From Carpediemonas membranifera BICM (Eukaryota > Protista > Fornicata), in assembly GCA_019828565.1 (NCBI GenBank), contig JAHDYR010000064.1:372001-436000 (forward strand): 64,000 nt of DNA, written 5' to 3'. The position numbers and the translations under genes are program-made. Of this stretch, positions 21,101 through 31,768 are shown piece by piece (the first letter of the stretch is position 1; each line of letters opens with the position of its first letter). The notes below the pieces were generated by a model. It was not told where the DNA came from. It was given only the letters and a program-made list of their open reading frames with translations, and did not search any database.

Positions 21101-23080
21101 GCCATCACAGCCATCCAGGGCCCGCCAGGCACGGGCAAGACGCACGTCGTCGTCGGGGCGATCCTCACCGCGCATGCGGTCCGGAACCGGCGGAACAGTG
21201 GCCTCGTGGCGACTTCCCGGCCGAAGATCATGGTCTGCGCCCCCAGCAACGCCGCCGTGGACGAGATCACTCGCCGTATGCTGCAGCACAACTACGCGCG
21301 GCAGTCCCGCCTGGTCCTAGTTCGGGTCGGCGTCTACGATGCCATCTCGGAGGACGTGCGGCACTGCCACAGCACCAGGGTCGGGTCCGTCATCAGCGCA
21401 CTCACCAGGATCGAGGGAAAGATAGAGGAGTTCGAGGCCCGCGTCGCCGCCGGCTACACTACCACGACGGCCGACCGGAAGATGTTAGAGGCCGAGAAGG
21501 ACGAGTGGCGCGAGACATATGAACATTCTCCGGTCAGTCCGAAGCCCCCGGCGAACGAGGCGGACCAGAAGAGGGCTCTTCTGGCCAGGGCTGACATAAT
21601 CTGCACGACCTTATCCTGCGCGGGCCGATCGATCATCACGAACGGCCTGGCGAACCAGCTCGTGACCCATATCTTCATTGACGAGGCGGGGCAGGCCACT
21701 GAGCCGTCGACGCTGATCCCGCTGACGGCGCTGCAGAACATCACGAAGGAGGCCTCGCGTCCCCGGATCGTGATGCTCGGCGACCCGGCCCAGTTGCCGC
21801 CGACCGTGAAGAACCGCAAGGCGAAGGCGTGCCACTACGACACCTCCTTCCTCCAGCGTCTGTTCACGTACACGCCCGGGATGCGGATGCTGACGACCCA
21901 GTACAGGATGCTTCCTGCGATCAGCAAGGCGCCCAACGCACTGTTCTACGGCAACCGGCTGCAGGACGACCCCTCCGTCTACACCAGACTGGGTAAGCTC
22001 AGCTGGCCCCACGACATGGCGCGGTTGTTCGGGCCCTACACGTTCATCGACCTGCCGGACACCCAGGAGGCCCGCGACCCTGTCAGTGGGTCTTACTCGA
22101 ACCGGCGGGAGGCTGAGGTTGTCGCCACGATAGCCGGCACACTCATTGAGAAGTGCGGCCCACTCCGGACAAGGCTCCAACGCAGTTTACAGCAGTTCGC
22201 CATGACGGGCGAGGAGAAGAAGGAGGGGAAGTTCTCGGCGTCCGACATCGGCATCATCACGCCTTACAACAGACAGAAGGACCTCATCCGCGGCGTCCTC
22301 CGCGAGGGCAGTCCCAATTGGGCTCATTTCTGTGAGATCGGGACGGTCGACTCATTCCAGGGCCGTGAGAAGGAGATCATCATCCTCTCCCTCGTCAGGT
22401 CCGGTCAGGGTGAGTCGTCCCGGATCGGCTTCCTCGGCGACAACAGGCGGATCAACGTCAGCCTGACCAGGGCCCGGCGGAGTCTCATCATTGTCGGAAA
22501 CGCCGAGAATCTGCTGAAGGCGAACACAGTCTGGCGGACCCTGGTCGAGGACGCCAAGGACCGGGGCGCTCTCTTCACCATCCACCCGGCCCGGCCGACG
22601 CACAAGGTCCCGAACAACCTGCCTAAGTACGTCTTCCGGCTGGACTGCATGCTCAGCGGTAAGATCACGAACAAGGAGTACGGTTTATTGCGGGCTGTGG
22701 AGACGACGAAGGACCAGACGCGGCGTCGGGACCGGATACGGGAACTCGTGGAGCTGAAGAAGGCCAACCGGCACACGCGGAGCGATGTTGAGGAGCACGC
22801 CAAGCTCTCGAAGGAGGAGATGCAGCGCCACCTCTTGCTCAAGCCGTTCCAGGGCAACTACGCCGTCGCCGGGGGAAAGCCGATCGCGGACGCCAGCGTC
22901 AACACGGAGGTGCCCACGCTCGACCAGACCTTGGAGCAGCAGGAGTCGGAGCCGGTGATGAACGCGACTGCCCCGATGAGTGACGACGACGACGACGATG
23001 ACAGCCCGGTTGACCCCCGGCTGGTGTTGATGGACCGGCAGAGTAGCGGGTATGTGCGGACCTTCGATCCCAAGTTGTAA
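18152..23080 (+). CDS. Sen1/senataxin-like superfamily 1 helicase (Upf1-like)
   Basis: IQGPPGTGKT, CAPSNAAVDEI, IDEAGQ, GDPAQLPPT, QYRM, GIITPY, TVDSFQGREK, RINVSLTRAR; long helical N-terminus; start uncertain (ORF open from 17912). Confidence 0.85.
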   Translation: MLQYMEQPTRLLSEDEEVVTERRRSPDEISAIISTYHGAMIELMKKLCSNDPSRVESLARGQLYVDHVCQPIFHDPLRIHKYIRGMVVLYAFEQCTLKTASVTVADLMEAKLAAVEIAKLSEKEAEDLVVDIVNSLVIVGQLLDSREYVLAGLGVIHYLPPKPYDSQQLLMTLCMKRDELGAAGLPGLFNGLLVDLATTQTALPLEYIFAIIRASMLAHTLVKQPKHELPGWVTFFSSFVADAPLLLRTLSARASQLAVHPNAQAMVRDILVMLLSTAGIPWLPRSPHALALLVGHPYTARHVIRIITEDPALIASWPDLAIALLETGILVGADAYEMIAPSADAILHALLQTFSDTTAAPCTLPLLRGLPQTTPRPEHVPTLAGLYGAVITRHTQPAVAFLAQSVLASLSPVGRREVGPLVWLLGFLTSSPLETLPFPTLRHEKGMLFAAVSAKPARAMLVVASFAVTLTPQSGPDVIVPVCQAMTALAEAVDPPTAEVLMNMPQLLRAAQTMLDLTRMQNLTRDTKEVVVPFLAAWLPMLLTFPVVGVDLATIHVTKLVKTFAGITMSQRTRQDLGMHPVIADTSVVAARDLKRVIDDGARQAVFAAQEDDDDDDDLFISAHELEAKRAPDPIAAMLGSVSDTEDDDVDMNSSIESTQSVASTAYGDDDGIAALTAVRSTVDTTHRPVLARPAPMTAPRPKLPRRAELIAQAEISFRAAILEHDPMDPNVIGTLAARVTELDKVYKDVEMYRDHMLSCVIIETVTVIQEDIKNLERDADVRKRATQLRGSFGSKTKVRQPDGRDLQEFEVWPEDVNVDLTTFSRDDLVLLELAEFDQTKSIMRTQKSMLRLAAVNTPPKPPQMLICVVTDTIPASARKEYPCSAMRLLANAKRFEKCTKSSRKQEVRLHRLSSASSAQREVTALYLARLLPDDWMNALLQGKNAAKDVPRSIEGLPSDIVTTTAFNKVQRQSIEDVVSPTRAITAIQGPPGTGKTHVVVGAILTAHAVRNRRNSGLVATSRPKIMVCAPSNAAVDEITRRMLQHNYARQSRLVLVRVGVYDAISEDVRHCHSTRVGSVISALTRIEGKIEEFEARVAAGYTTTTADRKMLEAEKDEWRETYEHSPVSPKPPANEADQKRALLARADIICTTLSCAGRSIITNGLANQLVTHIFIDEAGQATEPSTLIPLTALQNITKEASRPRIVMLGDPAQLPPTVKNRKAKACHYDTSFLQRLFTYTPGMRMLTTQYRMLPAISKAPNALFYGNRLQDDPSVYTRLGKLSWPHDMARLFGPYTFIDLPDTQEARDPVSGSYSNRREAEVVATIAGTLIEKCGPLRTRLQRSLQQFAMTGEEKKEGKFSASDIGIITPYNRQKDLIRGVLREGSPNWAHFCEIGTVDSFQGREKEIIILSLVRSGQGESSRIGFLGDNRRINVSLTRARRSLIIVGNAENLLKANTVWRTLVEDAKDRGALFTIHPARPTHKVPNNLPKYVFRLDCMLSGKITNKEYGLLRAVETTKDQTRRRDRIRELVELKKANRHTRSDVEEHAKLSKEEMQRHLLLKPFQGNYAVAGGKPIADASVNTEVPTLDQTLEQQESEPVMNATAPMSDDDDDDDSPVDPRLVLMDRQSSGYVRTFDPKL

Positions 23081-23307
23081 AGCAGCATCTCTTTGACGCG
23101 GGTGTCGCCCGTGCTTGGCCAGCCGGTGGATGTGGAAAGTCACCGAGTCAGGTTTTATTGGGGAGGGCATCACGGGCCTGCTGCCGCTGTCATGAGCTGT
23201 CAGCGCGAATCTTGCGCCAGTGTGCAATGATAGGGTCATTTCTCGAGATCGCAGTTATTCCCGCAAGACGACCTGAGAATCTTCAGCCCCGTGACCAATT
23301 CCACAGA

Positions 23308-24003
23308 ATGAGCGGCGTATATCCTGACACAGTCCATACAAGGGAGGAGCACAGGCTTGATGCCTGTGCACGTCGCTTATACATGGAGGGCTTTGGGATT
23401 GGCGAAATCTCTCAGATTTTGAAGGTGCCGGCGCGAGAGTTCAGATCGTACATTGATAAGCCATCCAAGACAGAGAGAAAGACACCTCGAGCTCCCTCAG
23501 CACAGTTTAACATCCACGAACACATGGCTGGTTTTGTCGACGAGCACGGACAACCCGTGTCCGAGCTTGAACCGGGCATGGAGGTCACAGAGCTGCTGTC
23601 AGACTCCCTCGTGTCCATCAGCGAGGGGTCTGTCTTCTCAGCGTCATCCTACACATGTGCCGACACCCTCGAGGTGTCCCCCGTCCCCCACACCACGGCC
23701 ATCACCAGCGACTCTGTGATGGACTCGTATCCCGACTCCCTCAGCACCGAGAGCACCGTGTCGGGGGCCAATTCTCTCATCACAGAGTACGCCTCGGACG
23801 CGGAGACTGATAGGTCGACCTGCTCGTGGGGCAGTGACCTGGCACCAACGGCGGCGTCGAATGTGTCGTGCAAGTCCGGCATGGTTGACACAAGCATGCA
23901 AACGGCCCCGACGTCTGCCGGGCACGTAGAGTGCGACCTCCTGGCGCCTGTGCGGCAGACAGGCCGTCTACTCCTGCGGATAGTGAACATGCTGACCTTC
24001 TAG
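23308..24003 (+). CDS. Hypothetical Ser/Thr-rich protein with an N-terminal HTH-like segment
   Basis: ARRLYMEGFGIGEISQILKV is HTH-like; remainder low complexity. Confidence 0.5.
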   Translation: MSGVYPDTVHTREEHRLDACARRLYMEGFGIGEISQILKVPAREFRSYIDKPSKTERKTPRAPSAQFNIHEHMAGFVDEHGQPVSELEPGMEVTELLSDSLVSISEGSVFSASSYTCADTLEVSPVPHTTAITSDSVMDSYPDSLSTESTVSGANSLITEYASDAETDRSTCSWGSDLAPTAASNVSCKSGMVDTSMQTAPTSAGHVECDLLAPVRQTGRLLLRIVNMLTF

Positions 24004-24201
24004 CCCCGTGCTAGCCGGCAGCGAACACGAGTGCAGCCTTATCTTATTGTACGATCACACGTTAAAACACATGTGGCATGGTATTGATCCGCCTGCTATC
24101 AGCAGGCCTCGTCTACCAGTCTGTGATGTGGCGTCTGTCTCGCGGCCATCGAATCAATCTCGGGTTGTCACTCACAAAGGTGCACGCCACACCATCTGAC
24201 A

Positions 24202-24774
24202 ATGCCGACTGCTCTTGTTATCTTCCCTGGTACCGGTTTCGAGGAAATTGAGGCCCTCACTCCCATTGATGTGCTCGCACGATGCGGCGTGAAGATGACC
24301 ACGGCCTCCCCGTACGAGGACGCCGAGGATAACGCCGAAGTCCACGTCGAGGGCGCCCACAACGTCGAAATGGTGGTTGAAAACCTTACAAAGCATATGA
24401 AGACTACTTTTGATGCCGTGATCCTCCCCGGCGGCATGCCTGGTGCCGAGATGCTGGGCCGGGACCCCCTCGTCGAGGAGCTCGTCATGGCCCACCACAA
24501 GGCCGGGAAGCTCGTATGCGGCATCTGCGCCGCTCCTGGTATGGCTCTGGCGAAGTGGGGTGTCCTTGATGGCAAGACCGCGACCTGCTACCCTGGCTTC
24601 GAGAAGCACTTCCCCAAGACTGTCCACCACGTCAACGAGCCCGCCGTGATGGACGGAAACGTCATCACTGCCCGCGGACCCGGCGCTGCATTCCAGTTCG
24701 CCCATAAGATTGCCCAGCAGCTTGTTGGCGAGAAGAAGGCGAACGAAGTCGGCAAGGGCATGCTCTTCCAATAA
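24202..24774 (+). CDS. DJ-1/PfpI (YajL/ThiJ-like) protein
   Basis: GFEEIEA, ILPGGMPGA, ICAAP, ATCYPG, ITARGPG. Confidence 0.95.
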   Translation: MPTALVIFPGTGFEEIEALTPIDVLARCGVKMTTASPYEDAEDNAEVHVEGAHNVEMVVENLTKHMKTTFDAVILPGGMPGAEMLGRDPLVEELVMAHHKAGKLVCGICAAPGMALAKWGVLDGKTATCYPGFEKHFPKTVHHVNEPAVMDGNVITARGPGAAFQFAHKIAQQLVGEKKANEVGKGMLFQ

Positions 24775-24952
24775 GCTCAACTGTAAAATGGAAATGACAG
24801 GGGTCCAAGGGCCTTGCATTGAGGTAGCGCACGCTCTAAGACTGATTGTCGCGACATTTCCTGTGGTTCCAGGCGATATACTTTACAGTAATTCGCCCCC
24901 GTAATTCAATTCAAAAACACGACAAGTCGACGTCGAAGCAAGCTTCTGTCGC

Positions 24953-27241
24953 ATGGAAACCTATCAAGACAAGCTTGCCCAGATTGAAGAGCGCACTGGC
25001 ATTCGTGCTACCTGGAATGTGCTCCCAAACAACAGAACCGAGGCCGCCAAATTGGTTGTGCCCCCCACTCTGATGTATGCGCCCCTTAAGCGCATTGCTA
25101 ACATGCCCCGCGTGAACTACTCTCCTGTTAACTGCTCTCGGTGCAACGCTGTTCTTAACCCCTACTGCCAGGTGGACTTTAAGTCCTCCCAGAAGCGCTT
25201 CGTCTGCCCTCTCTGCGGCGCCTACACCAACCTCCCCTCGAACTACGCAGGCATCACGGAGACCCATCTTCCTGCCGAGCTGGCCCAGACGAGCAACACC
25301 ATTGAGTATAACCTGAGCTTCACCAATGAGAAGCGCCAGCACCCCGTCTACCTCTTCGTGCTTGACCTGTGCCTCCCCGAGGACGAGTTCGAGTCTATGA
25401 AGGAGCGTGTGTCCAACGCCATCCTCGCCCTGCCCGAGGACGCTGTCATCGGCCTCGTGACGTTTGGGACAACGATCCAGGTCTACGAGCTCATGTATGA
25501 GTACTGTCCCCGCTACTTCGTGTTCCGCGGCCACGAGGACATCCAGACGAGCCAGCTCGAGAGCTATCTCGGACTCCGTAACCGCAACCGGCCCAACCCC
25601 GCGGCCCAAGGCTCCCTCGACCAGAGGTTCCTCCTCCCCATCGGTCAGTGCCTCGACTCACTCGCGCAGATCGTCGACGGGCTTGAACCCGACCCGTGGC
25701 CGGTGAAGCAGAAGGCCCGCCCTCTCCGCTGCACGGGCATCGCCATATCCGTCGCATCGTCCCTCCTCGGCGCCGTCAACCCCTCGTCGGCAGGTCGCAT
25801 CATCGTGCTCACGGGTGGCCCCGCCACCGTGGGACCCGGCATGATCGCCTCGACCGACAAGGGTGACAACTTGCGGTCCCACTCCAACATCGATAAGAAG
25901 GAGGCACTTGCCGCCCACGTCAAGCCCGCTATCAAGTTCTACACCGCCCTGGGCAAGCGGTGCCTCGACAAGGGCCACTGCGTCGACATCTTCGGTGCCT
26001 GTCTCGATCAGGTCGGGCTCCACGAGATGCGTCCCCTCGTTGACCTAACCGGCGGCCAGTTCGTCCAGTCGGAGTCCTTCTCCAACGTCCACTTCGTCGA
26101 CTCGTTTGAGGCGGTCATCAACTCGCTCTCGGGCGACAAGGACGCCCTCCTCGACCACGGCATGAACGGCATCGTCGAGATCGCCCTGTCTCCAGAGATC
26201 CGCGTCTCCGGCTGCCTTGGCCCCTGCGGCGCCCTCGGCACCTCTGGCCCCGTCGTCGGCGAGAACGAGACCGGCAAGGGCAAGACGGCGTCATGGAAGG
26301 TCTGCTCGATCGACTCCCTCACCACACTCGCCTTCGTCCTCGAGATCTGCGCCACCCCCAAGGACGGAGCCACGCCCCCCGGCCAGCAGAGGTATGTGCA
26401 GTTTAAGACCCGCTACCAGTCCCCCGCCGGCGACTACATCCTGCGCGTCACCACCATGGCGTACCGGTGGGCCGGCCGCGAGGGCGCCCGTGTGGTGTCT
26501 GCCGGCTTCGATCAGGAGGCAGCCATCGCTGCTGTGGCCCGCATCGCGTGCTGGAAGGCAGAGAGCATGCCGTCGGCCGATGTCTTGCGTTGGGTCGACC
26601 GGGCCGTGATCAAGCTGACTGCGCGCTTCTCCCAGTTCGAGAAGAATCGGCCCGAAACTGTCAAGATGCAGACGAACTTCATGCTGTTCCCACAGTTCGT
26701 GTTCCATCTCCGCCGCTCCCCCATCCTCAACGTCTTCGGCATGTCGCCCGACGAGACGGCGTACTACCGCCACCACATCATGCGTGCCGACGTGCGGTCC
26801 TCTGTGACAATGGTCCAGCCCGTGCTCATCGCATACAAGCCCGAGAACCCCGACGAGCCCGGACCCGTCGACCTCGACTCGCGGTCGGCCAACCCGCAGC
26901 ACGTGCTGCTTATGGACACGTTCCACCACGTCCTGGTGTGGCGCGGCGACAACGTCGTGCAGTGGGAGAAGCAGGGTCTCGCCGAGTCCAACGAGACCGT
27001 GTCCAAGCTCATCCAGTACCCCGTCGACGACGCCGAAGAGATCATCACCTCCCGCTTCCCGCGGCCCCGGTACACGCATTGCGACCAGGGCAAGAGCCAG
27101 GCTAGGTTCCTGCTGGCCAAGCTCAACCCCGCCAACACCTACACCAGCGGGTCCGGGGCGGCCGGCGAGGTCATGCTGACCGACGATGTGAACCTGCAGA
27201 AGTTCCTGGACCACCTAAAGAAGGTCTCCGTGTCTGAGTAA
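24953..27241 (+). CDS. SEC23: COPII coat subunit Sec23
   Basis: GIRATWN, CSRC..LNPYC..CPLC zinc finger, GFDQEAA, HLRRS, SQARFLLAKLNP, TDDVNLQKF. Confidence 0.97.
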   Translation: METYQDKLAQIEERTGIRATWNVLPNNRTEAAKLVVPPTLMYAPLKRIANMPRVNYSPVNCSRCNAVLNPYCQVDFKSSQKRFVCPLCGAYTNLPSNYAGITETHLPAELAQTSNTIEYNLSFTNEKRQHPVYLFVLDLCLPEDEFESMKERVSNAILALPEDAVIGLVTFGTTIQVYELMYEYCPRYFVFRGHEDIQTSQLESYLGLRNRNRPNPAAQGSLDQRFLLPIGQCLDSLAQIVDGLEPDPWPVKQKARPLRCTGIAISVASSLLGAVNPSSAGRIIVLTGGPATVGPGMIASTDKGDNLRSHSNIDKKEALAAHVKPAIKFYTALGKRCLDKGHCVDIFGACLDQVGLHEMRPLVDLTGGQFVQSESFSNVHFVDSFEAVINSLSGDKDALLDHGMNGIVEIALSPEIRVSGCLGPCGALGTSGPVVGENETGKGKTASWKVCSIDSLTTLAFVLEICATPKDGATPPGQQRYVQFKTRYQSPAGDYILRVTTMAYRWAGREGARVVSAGFDQEAAIAAVARIACWKAESMPSADVLRWVDRAVIKLTARFSQFEKNRPETVKMQTNFMLFPQFVFHLRRSPILNVFGMSPDETAYYRHHIMRADVRSSVTMVQPVLIAYKPENPDEPGPVDLDSRSANPQHVLLMDTFHHVLVWRGDNVVQWEKQGLAESNETVSKLIQYPVDDAEEIITSRFPRPRYTHCDQGKSQARFLLAKLNPANTYTSGSGAAGEVMLTDDVNLQKFLDHLKKVSVSE

Positions 27242-27395
27242 TAAACAAAGGAGATGGCCGGGGATGAGGGGGTGCTGGTGAGTGCCGTGGCAGTGCTAGT
27301 AGGCCGCCTAGTCCCCTTGGTTGGCGGCCGCGCTGTAGATATTTCCGGAGTTGAGATCGGGTCATCTGCATCCACCTGAACACCACCGTCGCAGC

Positions 27396-28619
27396 ATGTT
27401 CCGCTGTTTCAAAACACCGCATACCAAGGGCCTCGATATCTACGCCGTGATGAAGGACGTTGTTACAATCACGACTGACGTGAAGTCCAAGCTCAACAAC
27501 GCTACACAAGCCGAAAATGATTTAGTTTCATACTGCGACAAGAAGAACGCGACTACTGCCGATATTATACATGCCATTGATGCTGTTACACCGCATATCC
27601 ACACGCTGTACACTGAATTGAACCGGCTCTCACAGGGCCGTCCCTACATGATCAAGAAGCTTCAGTTCGAGTGGCGCTCTCCCTCCCGCGGCGACAAGAA
27701 CTTCATCAAGATGCACGGGCTGAACTACGAGCTGCTCATGCTCATCACGAGCAAGGCGACCATGATGCTCAACCAATCCGCCGAGTCCTACGAGGTCGCG
27801 CAGACCGCCAGTGACAAGCAGAAGCACTTCACGGAGGCGGTCAAGCTGTGCAAGGAGGCTGCTGGCCTTATCACTTACGCCAGAGACACGCTGCTGCCCT
27901 CCTGGTCGGCCGACGAGATCCCTTCGGACTCCCATCCCGAGCTCCTCACCGAGTTCCTCGACCTGCTCCACTCGTACGCCATCGGGTCGGCCAGAATGAT
28001 CGCCAGCGAGACCCTTATTGCCGCGAGAGAGGCGATCCTTGCCAAGCCGGTCGAGGGTTACGAGATCCCCGAGGAGGACCGTAACGCCCTCCAGGTCAAG
28101 GCCGAGGTCATCGCGGGGCTCTCGAGGGACGCCTCGGTGAAGCTCACGACGGCGATCTCCATGTTCAGCAACTCGAAGATCAGCAAGAACGTCGACAAGG
28201 ACATCAAGAAGGCGCTAGAGTGGCTCGTGTCGATGCTCGAGGTCCGTGAGCTGCAGTTCATGGCAGAGTCTGAGTTCTACACATCCAAGCCCGACAGCAC
28301 CGAGCAGTACGGCCGGGCGGTCGCGTACATGGACAAGGCCCGCCGCCTGTGTAACACCTGGGGCGGCAAGGTGACCGACAAGGCCGGCGGGAAGGTCGCC
28401 ACCGCAGTCAAGAAGGCTATGGTCGAGAAGGTCACGCAGAGGCTCGAGCAGATGCAGTTCGACAACCTCATGGTGTACCACGAGCCGGTCCCAGAGTTCA
28501 GCACGCTCAAGCGGGCCGAGGCGCTTGCTCAGATCGGGGAGAAGCCGTACGAGCCGGGAGCGCCCCTGTACACTGACCTCGAGCTCAAGAAGGGCGGCAA
28601 GATGCACGTCGAGAAGTGA
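27396..28619 (+). CDS. BRO1-domain protein (BROX-like)
   Basis: LQFEW, LNYEL, EAAG, YGRAVAY, DNLMVYHEPVP. Confidence 0.8.
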   Translation: MFRCFKTPHTKGLDIYAVMKDVVTITTDVKSKLNNATQAENDLVSYCDKKNATTADIIHAIDAVTPHIHTLYTELNRLSQGRPYMIKKLQFEWRSPSRGDKNFIKMHGLNYELLMLITSKATMMLNQSAESYEVAQTASDKQKHFTEAVKLCKEAAGLITYARDTLLPSWSADEIPSDSHPELLTEFLDLLHSYAIGSARMIASETLIAAREAILAKPVEGYEIPEEDRNALQVKAEVIAGLSRDASVKLTTAISMFSNSKISKNVDKDIKKALEWLVSMLEVRELQFMAESEFYTSKPDSTEQYGRAVAYMDKARRLCNTWGGKVTDKAGGKVATAVKKAMVEKVTQRLEQMQFDNLMVYHEPVPEFSTLKRAEALAQIGEKPYEPGAPLYTDLELKKGGKMHVEK

Positions 28620-28804
28620 TATAAAGTGTCTAAGCGAGATGACCCGTGTGACCCCTGTGATGGATTGCCCGCAGATTATGACAAAGACTGCGGGAAGTCA
28701 AACTACCAACGAATCCCTACCTGGAGGGCTCTAGGGGGCGACTTGACCTCGACCTGGGCGTTCCGAGCAGGTTAACGAAGGGGCCAGAGCACTGACAAGA
28801 ACCA

Positions 28805-30196
28805 ATGGATGCACTGGAGCGCTCCATAATCATAAGGCCGAACAGATCGATGCTTTCCATGGATGAATCGCCGTTTCCTACAGCTCCGCCGTCTCCCGAG
28901 ACCGAATCTGCGCTGCTGCCGCTCTCATCCTTTGGAGATCACCGGGTAATGCAGTATAGCACTTCATACGAACGCACAGTATCCACCGTGGCATACCACT
29001 GCCCTGTGTGTGGCCAGAGGACCTCCCGTCCGATCAATCCGATGGATGCGGACCAGTATTGGATGAACCTGGAAATGCACGTTCCCAGGCAGCCGTACTA
29101 CGCCATAGAGGGTGACATGGACGACGAAGATACGCCATACGATGTTCCTGACACCGATGGGCTCCACGACCTTTCCGCTGCGTCGCTCAACAACGGCTAC
29201 TACTCAACCTTCTTCACGAACGAGACCCTCATCGGCCGCGGGTCTTTTGGCTCCGTATACAGGGTGACACACAGGCTAGGAGATATAGAGCTGGGCACCT
29301 ACGCCGTCAAGCGGGTGCCCGTGGGCGACTCGAGGCCCTGGTTGCTCCGCGTCCTTCGGGAAGTCCACGCACTCGAAACGCTGCGCCACCCAAACGTTGT
29401 CGACTACCACCACAGCTGGCTTGAGACGTACAGTGACGGTCCTGCCTGCCCCTCCGTCCCCCACCTCTTCCTGCTGCTCGACTACGCCGCGGGGGGGAGT
29501 CTGACCAGCTTCGTCGAGGCCATGCAGCGGGGCGACCTCGTCGTCCCCGCCCAGGTTGTCGCGGAGATGTGCACCGGCATGGTGAACGGCCTGGCTCATC
29601 TACACTCCGTGAACGTGCTCCACCGGGACCTCAAACCGGAGAATATCCTACTATTGTCATCAGTTGATGAGGCCCAGGCGACATGGGACACACCCATACC
29701 CGTGGTGCCCCGGCCACAGCTGGCCGACTTTGGGCAGTGCGGCGACGTCGAGGCGCTACCGGCTGATGGGCAGACAGGCACGATGGAGTTCATGGCGCCC
29801 GAGAAGATCTTCGACGCAGAGCTGCCGTGGACCGAGGCCATGGACGTATACTCCCTCGGCCTGACCCTGTTCTACCTCGTGACGGCCGGAGGGCTGCCCG
29901 AGAGGCAGCTGAGGGCGCTGCGGGCCGTCCACGTGCCGTGCGACCACTTCATCGGGTCGGCCCCGGTTGTGTCTAATCATTTGATTGCTGTGATCGAGCG
30001 ATGTGTGGCAGAGGACCCCGCGGAGCGTCCCAGCGCCAGGGAAGTTGCGCGGCTGCTGTCCGAGAAGCACCCCGGCTTGTCAGTGTCGTCCGAGGCCTCG
30101 TCCGGGGCACACAGCACTCGTCGGATGGTGTTCGCCGGGGCAGTTGGAGTCGGGCTGGGTTTCGGTCTCGCTGCAGGCCGCATCGTCTTCCGATAG
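28805..30196 (+). CDS. Ser/Thr protein kinase, IKS1-like
   Basis: GYYSTFF, IGRGSFGSVY, YAVKRVPVGD..WL..VLREV, HRDLKPEN, DFG, GTMEFMAPE. Confidence 0.85.
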   Translation: MDALERSIIIRPNRSMLSMDESPFPTAPPSPETESALLPLSSFGDHRVMQYSTSYERTVSTVAYHCPVCGQRTSRPINPMDADQYWMNLEMHVPRQPYYAIEGDMDDEDTPYDVPDTDGLHDLSAASLNNGYYSTFFTNETLIGRGSFGSVYRVTHRLGDIELGTYAVKRVPVGDSRPWLLRVLREVHALETLRHPNVVDYHHSWLETYSDGPACPSVPHLFLLLDYAAGGSLTSFVEAMQRGDLVVPAQVVAEMCTGMVNGLAHLHSVNVLHRDLKPENILLLSSVDEAQATWDTPIPVVPRPQLADFGQCGDVEALPADGQTGTMEFMAPEKIFDAELPWTEAMDVYSLGLTLFYLVTAGGLPERQLRALRAVHVPCDHFIGSAPVVSNHLIAVIERCVAEDPAERPSAREVARLLSEKHPGLSVSSEASSGAHSTRRMVFAGAVGVGLGFGLAAGRIVFR

Positions 30197-30413
30197 GGAG
30201 GGCTGGCCTTGTCTCGTCCATCGGGTCAGTTGCTCTCTGTCCATCATTTAAACCGCGATAAGTCTGCATTATAAGGTCATGTGGACACTCGGTGATGCAT
30301 TAGTGCGTCCTTGTTGACTTCGGGGAATCGCGATCTCACACCGATCTTCCGATCCTCTCACTGATTCTGTCCACAGTCACTCGAGTCGAAAGCACTTCGA
30401 GAGCAAGCTGAAC

Positions 30414-31526
30414 ATGGTAACGGAAAGCGAGCAACGTGTTCCCGGTGAAATCCCGAAGATTGTGGCTGATGCTGTTCTTGTTCAGTCCGAGAGCATGCCG
30501 ATCGACTCCGATCTATGCGAGGGCTACGATTTCAACAACGGCGTGGACATCCAGGCCCTTCTCGGCTCCTATGTCCACAGCGGCTATCAGGCCACCAACA
30601 TGGGCAAGGCGATCAACATCATCAACGAGATGAGAGCCTGGCGCAACCCCGAGCCCGTCGACGAGGAGGCTGCTGCCGACGACTGCGAGGTGGACAAGTC
30701 CCGCACCACCATCTTCCTGGGATACACCTCCAACCTCATCTCCTGCGGCCTCCGCGAGTCCCTGCGCTACCTTGCCCAGCACCGGATGGTCGACTGTGTC
30801 GTTTCGACTGCGGGCGGCATCGAGGAGGACTTTATCAAGTGTCTGGCCCCGACGTACATGGGCGACTTCCAGCTCAACGGCGCCGACCTCCGCGACAAGG
30901 GCATCAACCGCATCGGCAACCTCCTAGTGCCGAACGACAACTACTGCCTGTTCGAGGACTGGATCATCCCGATCCTTGACCAGATGCTGGTGGAGCAGAA
31001 CGAGCAGGGGGTTAACTGGACGCCCAGCAAGATGATCCACCGCCTCGGCAAGGAGATCAACGACGAGCGCTCCGTGTACTACTGGTGCTACAAGAACAAC
31101 ATCCCCGTCTTCTCCCCTGCCCTGACAGACGGCTCCATCGGCGACATGCTATTCTTCCACTCCTTCAAGAACCCCGGCCTCAAGCTGGACATCATCGAGG
31201 ACATCCGCCGCATCAACCTCATGGCGGTCCACGCAGCCCACACTGGCATGATCATCCTCGGGGGCGGCCTTGTCAAGCACCACATCTTTAACGCTAACCT
31301 CATGCGGAACGGTGCTGACTACGCCGTCGTCATCAACACCGCGGGCGAGTACGACGGTTCTGACGCCGGTGCTAGCCCCGACGAGGCGAAGTCCTGGGGC
31401 AAGATCAAGGCCGACGCCAAGGACGTTAAGGTCACGGCAGAGGTGACGCTCGTGTGGCCCATGATTATGGCCGCGACGTTCGCCCGGGACGGCCCCCGCG
31501 AACCCGTCGGCCGCCGCCTGAAGTAG
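30414..31526 (+). CDS. DHPS: Deoxyhypusine synthase
   Basis: [51 protein letters not shown]. Confidence 0.97.
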   Translation: MVTESEQRVPGEIPKIVADAVLVQSESMPIDSDLCEGYDFNNGVDIQALLGSYVHSGYQATNMGKAINIINEMRAWRNPEPVDEEAAADDCEVDKSRTTIFLGYTSNLISCGLRESLRYLAQHRMVDCVVSTAGGIEEDFIKCLAPTYMGDFQLNGADLRDKGINRIGNLLVPNDNYCLFEDWIIPILDQMLVEQNEQGVNWTPSKMIHRLGKEINDERSVYYWCYKNNIPVFSPALTDGSIGDMLFFHSFKNPGLKLDIIEDIRRINLMAVHAAHTGMIILGGGLVKHHIFNANLMRNGADYAVVINTAGEYDGSDAGASPDEAKSWGKIKADAKDVKVTAEVTLVWPMIMAATFARDGPREPVGRRLK

Positions 31527-31611
31527 GCGCCTATCCCATATCTCAATGTTCTTGAATCAATGTCAGTGAAGTCAATGGAATAAATTGAGATTGAGAGCGG
31601 AGAAGTTCACC

Positions 31612-31768
31612 TGAGCGGGCGCCTCAACCAGAAGCGCTTCATGGCCGAGTTCACCCGCGACTAACCGGAATCATAAAGCATTCTTAAAGTGCGATTGTGG
31701 GAGGAAGGGGAGGCCGTTCAAGCCCGAGCAAAGTAGCGCCTTTATGAACATGAAACCGACCTCAGCCT
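31612..31768 (+). repeat. 157-bp inverted duplicate of 33326-33482 (3' end of the methyltransferase gene plus its downstream region)
   Basis: Reverse-complement match read by eye, one mismatch seen. Confidence 0.9.
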